DNA of 64,000 nucleotides from Cyanobacteriota bacterium (GCA_033764955.1 JANRIL010000022.1:1-64000), one strand, 5' to 3'. Numbered from the stretch's first letter, positions 9,733-19,403 are shown. The notes: generated by a model not told the origin, from the sequence alone. Made by a program: numbers and translations.

Positions 9733-9912
9733 CTAAACCTCATCCTTCATGGGTTGATCGTCCGTTTGGTCAGTAGCTCCTAGGGATTGTCCTTCCGAAT
9801 GCCAGTTATCCTGCCGCCGTTGGAAACGACCCGTTGGGGGTTTGCGAAACTTACGGGCATAGGCTTTGTTGCGAGCCGCTTTTTCCCGTTTTGGATTCCG
9901 ACGCTTAGACAT
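9733..9912 (-). CDS. Small basic protein, 59 aa (absent from the ORF track)
   Basis: Hand translation: MSKRRNPKREKAARNKAYARKFRKPPTGRFQRRQDNWHSEGQSLGATDQTDDQPMKDEV; SD GAGGAG 7 nt upstream of ATG. Confidence 0.75.
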   Translation of the reverse strand: MSKRRNPKREKAARNKAYARKFRKPPTGRFQRRQDNWHSEGQSLGATDQTDDQPMKDEV

Positions 9913-10190
9913 AAAAAAACTCCTCAGATCCTGAAAGATCTGTTACAAACCATTCCGCTTATAAAGCAACAGAAAGAAACAATAGCAAGGAGCCGAAACC
10001 CCTTGCTACCGTTGCTAGCTCACACCCCATTTAGGCTCACCAAAACCTATATGCTTAGCAATTGCTACCCAGCAATCACCTTAAATGAAGGGGAAAGTGG
10101 CATGACTATGGGATCCTGATGAGATGGGGAAAGCCAAGATCTCTCTTCTGGATCATTCCATGCAGAGAAATCTATTGGGTGATGGCCTAT

Positions 10191-10520
10191 TTAGAAACGT
10201 CGCTCGGAGCGGTTGAAGCTTCCACCGCCACGGCTATCCCGTTGTCCATAACGGGTCCCACCGCCACCGCCGCTATTTTCACGGGGCTGGGCTTTGTTAA
10301 CCCGTAGGTCACGCCCCATCCACTCCGCTCCATCCAAAGCTTGAATAGCTGCTGCCTCTTCCGCTTCATTCGCCAAATCAATAAAGGCAAACCCCCGCAT
10401 CCGTCCAGTTTCTCGATCGGTGGGTAGCTTCACCTGTTTAACGGTGCCATATTCAGAAAAAATTTCCGAAACGTTTTCTGATGTAACTTTGAACGACAAG
10501 TTACCGACAAAAATGGTCAT
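10191..10520 (-). CDS. rbp: RRM RNA-binding protein with Gly-rich tail (Rbp family)
   Basis: RNP2 IFVGNL, RNP1 RGFAFI, LDGAEWMGRDLRVNKA, Gly/Arg tail. Confidence 0.93.
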   Translation of the reverse strand: MTIFVGNLSFKVTSENVSEIFSEYGTVKQVKLPTDRETGRMRGFAFIDLANEAEEAAAIQALDGAEWMGRDLRVNKAQPRENSGGGGGTRYGQRDSRGGGSFNRSERRF

Positions 10521-10523
10521 GAT

Positions 10524-10566
10524 CATCTCCAAGTTTACTGATGCACTGTTTTCTTCTGTGGAGATG
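10524..10566 (-). promoter_or_regulatory. 5' leader pairing that covers the rbp Shine-Dalgarno
   Basis: Perfect 8-bp inverted repeat CATCTCCA (10524-10531) / TGGAGATG (10559-10566); one arm is the SD. Confidence 0.55.
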
Positions 10567-10725
10567 TCTGCCGAAGTACAAACTAACTCTACAAAGTCAA
10601 CTCGCTTCCGATAAGCATAGCACAGTCCTATAAAGGGGGGAGTAATGTTACAACTGTTGGTATTAGGCTGACGGCTCCGCTTATCCTATATGCATAGATA
10701 GCTACAAACCACACTGGAGGCGGAG

Positions 10726-10887
10726 ATGAACATTCAAAAGTTTCCCAACAAACCCAGCAAATCCCATCTTGACTCCGAAAGCTATCGGCAATGGCTAGTC
10801 AGAGATGGCAATCGCCGCTTCCAGGAATGGCATTGTGCATTTTTGGCCTATCAAAAGCGGTTTCTTCAGGAGATCAAGCAAAGCTAG
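10726..10887 (+). CDS. Small protein, 53 aa (absent from the ORF track)
   Basis: Hand translation: MNIQKFPNKPSKSHLDSESYRQWLVRDGNRRFQEWHCAFLAYQKRFLQEIKQS; GGAGG directly upstream; fills otherwise empty space. Confidence 0.65.
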   Translation: MNIQKFPNKPSKSHLDSESYRQWLVRDGNRRFQEWHCAFLAYQKRFLQEIKQS

Positions 10888-10976
10888 GGGTTGAACCCTC
10901 GGTAGGGTGGGAGAGTCTTAAGGGTATGGGATGCCTTTTTGGCTAATCTCTATCCCCACTACCAAAGCATAAGACT

Positions 10977-11672
10977 ATGAAAGTATCTCTCCTGACTGGA
11001 TTGATCATCATCGGGTTAACCCTAGGCTGGAGCTTAGAGGGAGAAACCCGTACCCGTACCCGCACCACCACGGGGCAGCAAGGACGCAGCGTGACGGCCC
11101 AATCTACGGCTTCTGCCAGCGGAGGAGGGCAATACTCTCGTCAAGGCACTTACCAAACCACAGGGCGACAGGGACAAATCCCCATCGGCAGCTTTGCGGG
11201 ATCCGGCACCCTCACCCATACGCCAGGGCAGGGGATCCAGAACGACTACACAGGTATGATTACTAATCAGTCTGGGCAAACCTGGGGAGTGGAGCGCTCG
11301 GCTACCTACAGCCAAACCGAGGGATCCCGGCAGCGTTCGGGCACTACCACCGTTACCGACCCTCAAGGAGCCGTGGTGGGAAGTAGCCAAAGCACGACCT
11401 CCTATACTCCCGAAACGGGCTTTCTTCGGAATGGCACCACCACCCGTCGCGGTACCACCACCACCAGCGAATCCACCGCTACTCAACAGGGGGATGGCAC
11501 TTGGCAAAAAAACACCCAGGTTAGTAATAGTCAGGGGGAGACTGTTGCCGGAGCCACCACCAGCATTGATATTACCTGTTCGGGATCCCAAACCTGTAGC
11601 AAAACCGTAAGCGGCGAGACGTTGCGGGGATATCCCATTGATCGGCAAACGACCATTCAGCTCAATCCCTAG
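10977..11672 (+). CDS. Secreted Thr/Gly/Ser/Gln-rich repeat protein
   Basis: N-terminal signal-like hydrophobic stretch; recurring T-x-x-(Q/S/R)-G turns; a single Cys pair CSGSQTC. Confidence 0.75.
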   Translation: MKVSLLTGLIIIGLTLGWSLEGETRTRTRTTTGQQGRSVTAQSTASASGGGQYSRQGTYQTTGRQGQIPIGSFAGSGTLTHTPGQGIQNDYTGMITNQSGQTWGVERSATYSQTEGSRQRSGTTTVTDPQGAVVGSSQSTTSYTPETGFLRNGTTTRRGTTTTSESTATQQGDGTWQKNTQVSNSQGETVAGATTSIDITCSGSQTCSKTVSGETLRGYPIDRQTTIQLNP

Positions 11673-11755
11673 AGTCTTTGGCGGCGTCTTTTGCATAACT
11701 CCAAACTATTGGATCAACTGTCGCCTTCATGTCCACATCCCGAACGTGAAGCGAG

Positions 11756-12295
11756 TTAGGCTTTGCGATCCAAGATCCCATTAATCCAAAGGACAGTCAG
11801 AAGGTTGACAAAGTGAGCTAAGGAAACAATCCCATTGGTGGCTAATAACCATACCCCCGATACTTGATTGGCTTGGGTACGAGATAACAATCTCAAGACC
11901 AGCTCACCAATTTGGGCTTGCAAGCCAATCAGGGATAACAGGATACCCACAAGACTAATGTAGAGAATGGGTTGCAGTTGGGCTGTCACGGACAGGGTTG
12001 GGGACGGACGCCCCCAGAGGAGGAATCGCCACGCATAAAAAATGCCTCCTGCCAGACTAGACAGGGTAGAAATAGTCACCCAGAAGGCCAACCAAGCCCC
12101 TGAAGAAGAATCTCGATAGATGCCAAACTGTCCAAACAGGAAAAACAACAAGGGGATCAGGGCTAAAACACCCAACCCCACCTGAATCCAGAAACTAATC
12201 TTTCCCAGAGAAGTCAAACGTCGTTGGCTTTCTGCTGGGGTAATCGGCTGAATGGGAGAGGGTTTCTCTGAGTTGTCCACGGGCAGATCCTCCAC
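11756..12295 (-). CDS. Membrane protein, DUF3611-like
   Basis: LGKISFWIQVGLG motif and about 4 hydrophobic segments. Confidence 0.7.
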   Translation of the reverse strand: MEDLPVDNSEKPSPIQPITPAESQRRLTSLGKISFWIQVGLGVLALIPLLFFLFGQFGIYRDSSSGAWLAFWVTISTLSSLAGGIFYAWRFLLWGRPSPTLSVTAQLQPILYISLVGILLSLIGLQAQIGELVLRLLSRTQANQVSGVWLLATNGIVSLAHFVNLLTVLWINGILDRKA

Positions 12296-12360
12296 GCCCT
12301 TGCCTGTACGATGCTCCCTCTAGAGTAGCCTGCCTTTTTCGCTGCCCCAACTTTTTTCCT

Positions 12361-12798
12361 CTAGGGGGAATTGAGGGAGGTGGGCTGAGGGGAACTGGCC
12401 TGTAGGGTCAAAATTTCTTGCTCAATTTGAGTTTTGAGGGCTTCTCCATCGGATCCTTTCAGGCGTAAGGTGATGCGGTTATAGTCAGAAACCGTCATGC
12501 CATTTCCAGTAATGATCTCAGTGGCCTTGCGAATAAATTGGCGACGGATCTCGTCTTTGGCATTGCGATCAGTGGTCTCTTCGGCCTGTTTTTGAGCCTC
12601 TAAGCGATGGGGTTCGAGTTCTAGCACCACTTTGGCAAATAGGCTGATCTGTTCGGGGCTGATCCCCTCTTGGGAGGTGGTTTGAGCCAAAACCCTCGGC
12701 GAGCCGAGTTCATATCCTGGCAGAACACCCAGCCATCCCAGGATCCCGACTGTGCAGACAGCAATCCCTCCCATCCAACTTCGCATCGTTTTCCTCAT
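12361..12798 (-). CDS. Exported protein, DUF4168-like
   Basis: Signal-like N-terminus; FAKVVLELEP and II..NGMTVSDYNRI pattern. Confidence 0.65.
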   Translation of the reverse strand: MRKTMRSWMGGIAVCTVGILGWLGVLPGYELGSPRVLAQTTSQEGISPEQISLFAKVVLELEPHRLEAQKQAEETTDRNAKDEIRRQFIRKATEIITGNGMTVSDYNRITLRLKGSDGEALKTQIEQEILTLQASSPQPTSLNSP

Positions 12799-12977
12799 AC
12801 CCCAACCTACCGTTTTCTAGACTCCATCTCAAATAATCATGACTTAAGCACACCTGAGTATCCTTTCTAGACCAGAAATCAACCCAGAAGTTCCATGTTT
12901 TTGCTGTCAGGGATCCCTGCTGGAGGTCGCAGGAACAGGGATAATAGGATCGTTGCACAACTTTACTCCCCACAGGT

Positions 12978-14057
12978 ATGGCTCCTCCCTTGCTTTCAAC
13001 TGCTGTGTCTCGTCGCGCTGTTTTTCCTTTCACAGCCATTGTTGGGCAAGAGGAGATGAAATTGGCCTTGCTGTTGAATGTGATCGATCCCAAGATTGGT
13101 GGAGTCTTGATCATGGGGGATCGCGGCACGGGTAAATCCACGACGATTCGGGCATTGGCTGATCTCCTGCCCAAGATTGAAGTGGTGGCAGAGGATCCAT
13201 TTAACAGCCACCCTACCCAGCCTGATTTGATGAGTGATCAGGTGCGTCAACGCCTGCAATCGGGAGAAACCCTACCCATCACCTGGAAGCAAGTGCCGAT
13301 GGTGGATCTACCTCTGGGAGCCACCGAAGATCGAGTGTGTGGGACGATCGATATTGAGAAAGCTCTGGCGGAAGGGGTAAAAGCTTTTGAGCCGGGGCTG
13401 TTGGCTAAAGCCAATCGCGGCATCTTATATGTGGACGAAGTCAATTTGCTGGATGACCATCTGGTGGATGTGTTACTCGATGCAGCGGCTTCTGGTTGGA
13501 ACACCGTGGAGCGGGAAGGTATTTCCATCCGCCATCCGGCTCGCTTTGTTTTGGTGGGATCCGGTAACCCCGAAGAGGGTGAGCTACGCCCGCAGCTTTT
13601 GGATCGCTTTGGTATGTTTGTCGAGATCGAAACGGTTCGGGATCCAGTCTTGCGAGTGCGGATTGTGGAGGAACGCAGTCAATTTGATCTGGAACCCCAA
13701 AGCTTTTTACAGCAATATACTGAGGCGCAAGCCAAGCTATTGCAACAAATCCAGGCGGCTCAGACCCTTTTACCCAGCATTATTTTGGATCCGGAATTGC
13801 GGCTAAATATCTCGGCTGTCTGTGCGGCGTTGGATGTGGATGGACTGCGGGGGGATATCGTCACCAATCGCGCCGCCAAAGCCTTGGCTGCCCTGGAAGG
13901 ACGGCGAGAAGTAACCCTATCGGATATTCGTAAGGTGATCGGTTTGTGCCTGCGCCACCGCCTCCGCAAGGATCCCTTGGAAACCATTGATTCGGGATAC
14001 AAAGTGGAGAAAGTTTTCTGCGAAGTGTTTCGGGTCGCTCAATCGGATGCTGCCTGA
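12978..14057 (+). CDS. chlI: Magnesium chelatase ATPase subunit I
   Basis: [48 protein letters not shown]. Confidence 0.97.
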   Translation: MAPPLLSTAVSRRAVFPFTAIVGQEEMKLALLLNVIDPKIGGVLIMGDRGTGKSTTIRALADLLPKIEVVAEDPFNSHPTQPDLMSDQVRQRLQSGETLPITWKQVPMVDLPLGATEDRVCGTIDIEKALAEGVKAFEPGLLAKANRGILYVDEVNLLDDHLVDVLLDAAASGWNTVEREGISIRHPARFVLVGSGNPEEGELRPQLLDRFGMFVEIETVRDPVLRVRIVEERSQFDLEPQSFLQQYTEAQAKLLQQIQAAQTLLPSIILDPELRLNISAVCAALDVDGLRGDIVTNRAAKALAALEGRREVTLSDIRKVIGLCLRHRLRKDPLETIDSGYKVEKVFCEVFRVAQSDAA

Positions 14058-14326
14058 CAGTGTTAGGGGGTTGGCAAGTCGAACCAATCTACCTCGCAAC
14101 AGGCGTTCGTAGTGCCCTATAGGTAATGCTGAAAAATTCAGTAGGCTGCTTATTGAGAGGGAGTAAAGTCTACAACCCTCATCCCAGGTTATCGATTCTC
14201 AATAAGCTAACCCTGTAGAATATCCTGGTATTTCATAGTCATTCCTTGCATAGAACTGCCTTGCAGACGAAGTGAAGTCAATTCAGATTGAGAGTCTAAC
14301 GTTCCCAATCAGGCACAGCCATCAGG

Positions 14327-15271
14327 CTATACCCCCAAGATCTGCCCCACTTGCAAGCGGGATCCATTGACAAAATCCCAGGCAGATTGAGCCTTTTTGT
14401 TGGCAGGCTGAACCTCCGTAATCAAGAGGGGATGGGATCCCGTTTGTACACGAAATCCCTGGTTTTTCACAAGTTGCACAATACTACCCACGGGCAGGCT
14501 GGGATGCGGGGACATTAGCGGAGACTGCCCGCAATGGGAGCGGATTATTTTCAACCGTTCGCCCTGCAAAGTGGTAAAACAGTCTGGCGAAAAAGCCCGA
14601 ATTTGATTGTGCAAAGTTTGAGCCGAACGCTGCCAATCCAACTCAAAATCCTTGGGTTTTAGCAAGGGGGCATAGCTAGCCAACTGCTCATCCTGTGGGA
14701 TCGGGGTTAGGGATCCCCATTGGCGGAGGGTATCCACCAACAACCTAGCCCCCAGATCAGCCAGCACCTCAGCTAATTCTGCTCCCGTTTGTTCGCTGCC
14801 GATCTCTACTTCTGCCTTGAGCAACATGGCTCCCGTGTCCATACCAGCATCCATCAACATGGTGGTAATTCCTGTCCGAGTTTCCCCCTGAGCGATCGCC
14901 CATTGAATCGGAGCTGCCCCCCGATAGGCGGGCAAGAGGGATCCATGCACATTCACACAGCCCAAATGCGGCATATCCAAAACCTGTTGAGACAAAATCT
15001 GCCCATACGCCACCACCACAAATACATCCGCCCGCCAATCCCCCAGTTGCTGCAGGGTTTCTGGCGACTTGCGTAACCGTTCCGGTTGGCAGATTGGGAT
15101 CCCATGCGCTTCCGCCAGCAACTTGACTGGGGTTGCCACCAGCTTCCGCCCGCGCCCTTGGGGACGATCCGGCTGAGACACCACCCCCACTACCTCAAAC
15201 TCAGGCTGATCAATCAAGATTTGTAAGCTGGCTAGAGCAAAACTGGGAGTACCAAAAAAAACAATACGCAT
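14327..15271 (-). CDS. fmt: Methionyl-tRNA formyltransferase
   Basis: MRIVFFGTP, QPDRPQGRG, NVHGSLLPAYRGAAPIQ, MDAGMDTG. Confidence 0.97.
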   Translation of the reverse strand: MRIVFFGTPSFALASLQILIDQPEFEVVGVVSQPDRPQGRGRKLVATPVKLLAEAHGIPICQPERLRKSPETLQQLGDWRADVFVVVAYGQILSQQVLDMPHLGCVNVHGSLLPAYRGAAPIQWAIAQGETRTGITTMLMDAGMDTGAMLLKAEVEIGSEQTGAELAEVLADLGARLLVDTLRQWGSLTPIPQDEQLASYAPLLKPKDFELDWQRSAQTLHNQIRAFSPDCFTTLQGERLKIIRSHCGQSPLMSPHPSLPVGSIVQLVKNQGFRVQTGSHPLLITEVQPANKKAQSAWDFVNGSRLQVGQILGV

Positions 15272-15280
15272 CTGGCACTC

Positions 15281-15620
15281 TCAAGATTGAGGTAACAACA
15301 CAACAAACTCAGTTGCTTTAACTATCGCAATTGCCTGATACTCCCTTAAGAATAAAAGATGTTTATCATCGGTAACAATTTATCGCCAGCAACAATATTA
15401 AGTTGCACCACCAACAACAGCACATTTAACAACCTTATCATCGTCCGGATCAGCAGATACCGCACGGGCGTTGCATTCTGACACAATGCGTTACACTTTA
15501 GGGTTTACAACCAGACGACTCATCCACATTACAAAGTTTCCCTCCTGACAGACAGTTAGTTGAATATATCTCAATTTACCCAATAGTTCTTTCCCATAAA
15601 GTTTTGGTATCTCTATCATC
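15281..15620 (-). pseudogene. Degraded PIN-domain toxin gene
   Basis: Frame-broken pieces AVSADPDDDKVVKCAVVGGAT*, IVAGDK and IVTDDKHLLFLREYQAIAIVKATEFV match the DPDD..C......IVTGDKHLL PIN C-terminus. Upstream boundary is approximate. Confidence 0.7.
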
Positions 15621-15881
15621 TGAGTTGGTTGCTCTACCCGCAGAGAGTGGGTCAGTTTGGATATTGCACGGGATCCCAAACCCACTCTTGAGAGACTTGT
15701 GATCTCATGGGGAAGGGAAAATAATCCTTAAAAAAACATGACATCTCAAAATCTTACGTATTTTCTCGATACCCACATCAAAAGAATCCGTCCATACTCG
15801 AAAAGCCAAAAGAAAGTCATAGGTATTTAGACTCTCTGGTCAGACGAGTTGAGGAATTGGCTGATTGGTGTGGGGAAGGCA

Positions 15882-16091
15882 ATGAACACAACCATCCTGA
15901 AGCGCCTGCTGATTACATCGGTGGGAGGGGGATTATTAATAGGCAGTGGCTTGTTTGCCCTTTGGAATGGCATCTTAGTGCCCCTTTGGGGAGTGGATCC
16001 GCTATCTGATTTTTGGCGGAACAATCTTCGTTCGATTGAAGCCATGACCTTTTGGTCTCTCTGGCGATTAAGTGGTTCTCAGCCCCGCTAG
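15882..16091 (+). CDS. Possible small membrane protein
   Basis: 69-aa ORF with one hydrophobic segment; no recognisable motif. Confidence 0.35.
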   Translation: MNTTILKRLLITSVGGGLLIGSGLFALWNGILVPLWGVDPLSDFWRNNLRSIEAMTFWSLWRLSGSQPR

Positions 16092-16885
16092 ACCGGCTTC
16101 TGAGCTATGGTGCCGACGTTAGCATAATAAATTGCCCAGCAAGTGGGATCCAGAGCAAAATGCTGATAGGCGGCAATATCTTGAGGTTCAACCTCTCCAG
16201 TTGCTAGATAGGTTGTGGCTAAGTGGCGGGCAGACATCTGCATAATTTGGGCAATCTCCGATCCTCCCGCCGCTAATAGCGCATCACTTTCCACCCTTAG
16301 CTTCTCTAGTCCCCAAGCTTGCAGGAGAGCCGGTAGCCGGCTACCCAGGGCGGGATCCATCTGACGCTGGGCAAACATCTTCAAGATGGCACGATTGACT
16401 CGCTCCACAGAGGGGGATCCCTCTCCGACAATCGCTCGTGCGACGGCAAAGTCCGGCTCCTCCAAAACCAGCCATCCCCCCGGTTTGAGGAAGTGCAGCA
16501 TCTTCTGGAGGGCTTGTGGGTAGTTGGGGATGTGGATGAGCAGACAACGGGCGTGAACCAAATCAAAATGTTCCTGGGGCAGCTCCAGATGAATGATATC
16601 CCCCTCGACAACCGACAGATTGCCCTCCTCCAGGCTAGCCGGGATCCCTTGCAAAAAGCGGGTGTCTCGATCCACCGCCACCACGCGCCCCGCCGCCCCC
16701 ACCCAATGGGCGAACCAGCGACTCAGCGAACCAGCTCCTGCCCCCACTTCCAAAACTTGCCAATCGCTACCCCACCCCGTTGCCCCAATCCGGCGATGAC
16801 TGACCGGATCAAAGACCTTTTCGATAGCCTGCAATCGCTGCCACTCCTCGTGATGACTGGCTTCGGTAAAGATGTAGTCAGACAT
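16088..16885 (-). CDS. Class I SAM-dependent methyltransferase
   Basis: VLEVGAGAG, VVAVD, FDLVHAR, LKPGGWLVLEE; likely start MSDYIF. Confidence 0.9.
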   Translation of the reverse strand: MSDYIFTEASHHEEWQRLQAIEKVFDPVSHRRIGATGWGSDWQVLEVGAGAGSLSRWFAHWVGAAGRVVAVDRDTRFLQGIPASLEEGNLSVVEGDIIHLELPQEHFDLVHARCLLIHIPNYPQALQKMLHFLKPGGWLVLEEPDFAVARAIVGEGSPSVERVNRAILKMFAQRQMDPALGSRLPALLQAWGLEKLRVESDALLAAGGSEIAQIMQMSARHLATTYLATGEVEPQDIAAYQHFALDPTCWAIYYANVGTIAQKPV

Positions 16886-16913
16886 GGCAGAAAATAACCG
16901 CAACTTCTCTACT

Positions 16914-17804
16914 CTACGCCTGCACCCGTACCTGCTGCTGCTCCGTCCACCAGGGATCCGAAACAAAAGGCGGAAAGGCAGTCGAGCCAACTTTACCCAG
17001 CAACGCCCGCCGTAGATCCCGATCCAAGCGGGATCCCGTGCCATAGGGATCCGATGGGGGATCGAGACGCTGTCCGAGGGGAGGCATGATCATCACCCCT
17101 GGCTGGATGCTGGAACCACTCACCCATAGCTTAAATAGATCGCTGCTACTGGTTTCACCCTCTGGCAACGCCATCTGGATCAGATATTTCGGCCCCGCAC
17201 CCATCAACAACGTTTCATCAGGGCGCAAGCGAGCGGGCTGATCCGGCTGATAGGGATAGACCAGACTCACTTTTTGTTCTCGCCCCTCCATAACAATCGT
17301 ATAGACATACAAAGGGGTAGGGGTGAGATTGGTGACGGCAATAGCGAGATATTCTCCCGCCCGCAGCAGCTTTTCACCCGAATGATGGCTGGCTAGGGGA
17401 GCCACTTCGGGAGCCGTCTGTCGCGTTGCCGGACTGACTAACTGCAAAAATTCCACCTTGAGGGCATTACTGAGGGCATCGGTTGGGGGAGTGAGTTGGC
17501 CAAGATTGCGGTAGGCGGCGATTTGCTCCAAAATCCGCTGCACCTTGCGAGGAACTGCCTGGGAGCGCTTAAACGGGATCCGAAAGGCCGCCATCGCTAC
17601 CGCCTGCCCCTGCGGATAAAAACGATAGACCGAGTTGGCTTGCACCTCCACCCGCATATCTGCGGATGTTTCGGATGGAGCTAAGGTCAACAAGGGGGAA
17701 TCAAGACTAGCAGCGGCCAGCTCCGGCAAAGGGATATCAGGGGTGACATCCGCCGCCAGAGTAAAAGCAACCTGCAAGCCAGGTAGTGTCGGTTCGCGGG
17801 ACAT
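16914..17804 (-). CDS. Hypothetical protein with DUF4384-like beta-sandwich C-terminal region
   Basis: GEYLAIAVTN..PLYVY....VSLVYP ... DLFKLWVS pattern, seen at C-termini of cyanobacterial caspase-like proteins; no catalytic domain recognised. Confidence 0.55.
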   Translation of the reverse strand: MSREPTLPGLQVAFTLAADVTPDIPLPELAAASLDSPLLTLAPSETSADMRVEVQANSVYRFYPQGQAVAMAAFRIPFKRSQAVPRKVQRILEQIAAYRNLGQLTPPTDALSNALKVEFLQLVSPATRQTAPEVAPLASHHSGEKLLRAGEYLAIAVTNLTPTPLYVYTIVMEGREQKVSLVYPYQPDQPARLRPDETLLMGAGPKYLIQMALPEGETSSSDLFKLWVSGSSIQPGVMIMPPLGQRLDPPSDPYGTGSRLDRDLRRALLGKVGSTAFPPFVSDPWWTEQQQVRVQA

Positions 17805-17949
17805 AGCACTAATCTCCCCCACCGGAAGGACTAAACATGAGAGGCTCTGTTAAGAATGACTAAGAAAATAATATCGGGTTCTGTCGATCCAGAGAGTTGC
17901 CGATGGGGATTGGGATCCGCATCGCCCCTATCAAGGCTGAGATCGTGAT

Positions 17950-17967
17950 TTTGTAAAGAGACGTAAA
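17950..17967. promoter_or_regulatory. HLR1-like direct repeat upstream of psbV
   Basis: Minus strand reads TTTACGTC-TC-TTTACAAA. Confidence 0.35.
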
Positions 17968-18085
17968 GCCTCTTCAAGTGCGATTCTGGAGCAACAAATA
18001 GTCTATTCTTGATCCTGTTATGTCTTTTGGGGAGTCGCGTTCGGCACTCCTGAGTGGATTTTTAAGGATTGTGTTAAGGAGCCTT

Positions 18086-18604
18086 ATGTTTAGCAAGCCT
18101 TTCCCTTTTCAAAAACTCGCCGCTTGCCTGTTGGCGACTGTCCTGCTCTTAGTGAGTTCGGCTTTTTCTCCTGTTTTGGCTGCTTCTAGCACTTATGAAG
18201 TAGCCCTTAACGAGACAGAAACTTATACCCTGACAGTGCGGGAACTCAATCAAGGCAAAAAATTGTTCGGAGCCGCCTGTGGTCAGTGTCATATTGGTGG
18301 TGTGACCTATACCAACCCTGATGTAGGTCTCAAATTAGAAGAACTGGAACTAGCCACTCCCCGCCGTGACACGATTGCCGCCATCATTGACTATCTGGAA
18401 AATCCTACGACCTACGACGGCTCAGAGTCCCTCTTGGAATATCATCCCAACACCCAGCTCACCAGCGTCTATCCCAAAATGCGTAATCTCAGCAAAGAGG
18501 ATATGAAACTGATTGCTGGCTATATTCTCTACGAAGCAAAAAATTTACCCGGTTGGGGGGGCACCAAGAACGAAACCCACAGCGATCTCAGCCAATATCT
18601 CTAA
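18086..18604 (+). CDS. psbV: Photosystem II cytochrome c550
   Basis: Signal peptide, CGQCH heme motif, ATPRRD, PTTYDG, EYHP, YPKMRNL; SD AAGGAG. Confidence 0.93.
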   Translation: MFSKPFPFQKLAACLLATVLLLVSSAFSPVLAASSTYEVALNETETYTLTVRELNQGKKLFGAACGQCHIGGVTYTNPDVGLKLEELELATPRRDTIAAIIDYLENPTTYDGSESLLEYHPNTQLTSVYPKMRNLSKEDMKLIAGYILYEAKNLPGWGGTKNETHSDLSQYL

Positions 18605-18794
18605 TCGGGATCCGTAATCTGTCTCCATCAGCAGATCTAGCCGATTGAAGGGATCCAGGCTTATGGGCAGTCAGAATCCTGGCTGCTCATGTTTCCCTTA
18701 TTTGTTTATATCTAGACCTTCTTATTGAGCATCTTCAAATGGCTCTGCCATGGTTGCTTTTTTGCCATTTCTTTATCCATTTGCTTAATTTTAT

Positions 18795-19313
18795 TTGGAG
18801 ATCACAGCTTTGCTAACCCGCTCAGTTCACTATCTCAAGACATTAGTTTTTTGGATTTTACTTTGGGGATACTTACAGATGGGGAGTCTGCCTGCTTGGG
18901 GACGAGTGGATCCCTATGTCAATCAATATCTACAAGCTAGCCAGCCGATTGATCTACCTTTCGATGCCACTGGAAAGACTGTCTCCCTTAGCCCTGCCCA
19001 ACTCACAGCCGGCAAAGCCCTATTTCAATCCAACTGCCTCAACTGTCATGTGGGGGGATCCACTTTGCCCAATCCCAGCATTTCTCTCTCCCTCAGTGAT
19101 CTGCAAGCAGCCACGCCCCCCCGTGATAACCTGAGTAGCCTTATGCAATTTCAGCGGCAACCCCTTACCTATGACGGCCAAGCCCTGAGTGAAGAGTGTC
19201 GGAAAATTTCAGCCGCTTGGATCCCGGATAGTCAGCTAGAAAATCTCGCAGCATTTGTCCTGCGGGCGGCACAAGTAGCTCCCGGTTGGGGATCCAAATT
19301 TGAGGGGGACTAA
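18795..19313 (+). CDS. psbV2: Cytochrome c550-like PsbV2
   Basis: DPYVNQYL, CLNCHVGG, ATPPRDN, YDG...EECR, AAQVAPGWG; follows psbV. Start codon uncertain. Confidence 0.88.
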   Translation: MEITALLTRSVHYLKTLVFWILLWGYLQMGSLPAWGRVDPYVNQYLQASQPIDLPFDATGKTVSLSPAQLTAGKALFQSNCLNCHVGGSTLPNPSISLSLSDLQAATPPRDNLSSLMQFQRQPLTYDGQALSEECRKISAAWIPDSQLENLAAFVLRAAQVAPGWGSKFEGD

Positions 19314-19403
19314 GCCAGATTTGCTCAGGTGAGAGAGGGATCTTATGATCGAAAAAGATCGAAATGATCAAAGCCGTTTAGGGATCCCTGGGGATTAGCC
19401 GTC

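Noticed and set aside
9787..10307. Plus-strand ORFs of 110 and 62 aa
   Set aside because: They are antisense to the 59-aa basic ORF and to rbp, which have SD sequences or motifs.
10692..10705. NtcA-like site GCA-N8-TAC
   Set aside because: Mismatch in the GTA half-site and no supporting context.
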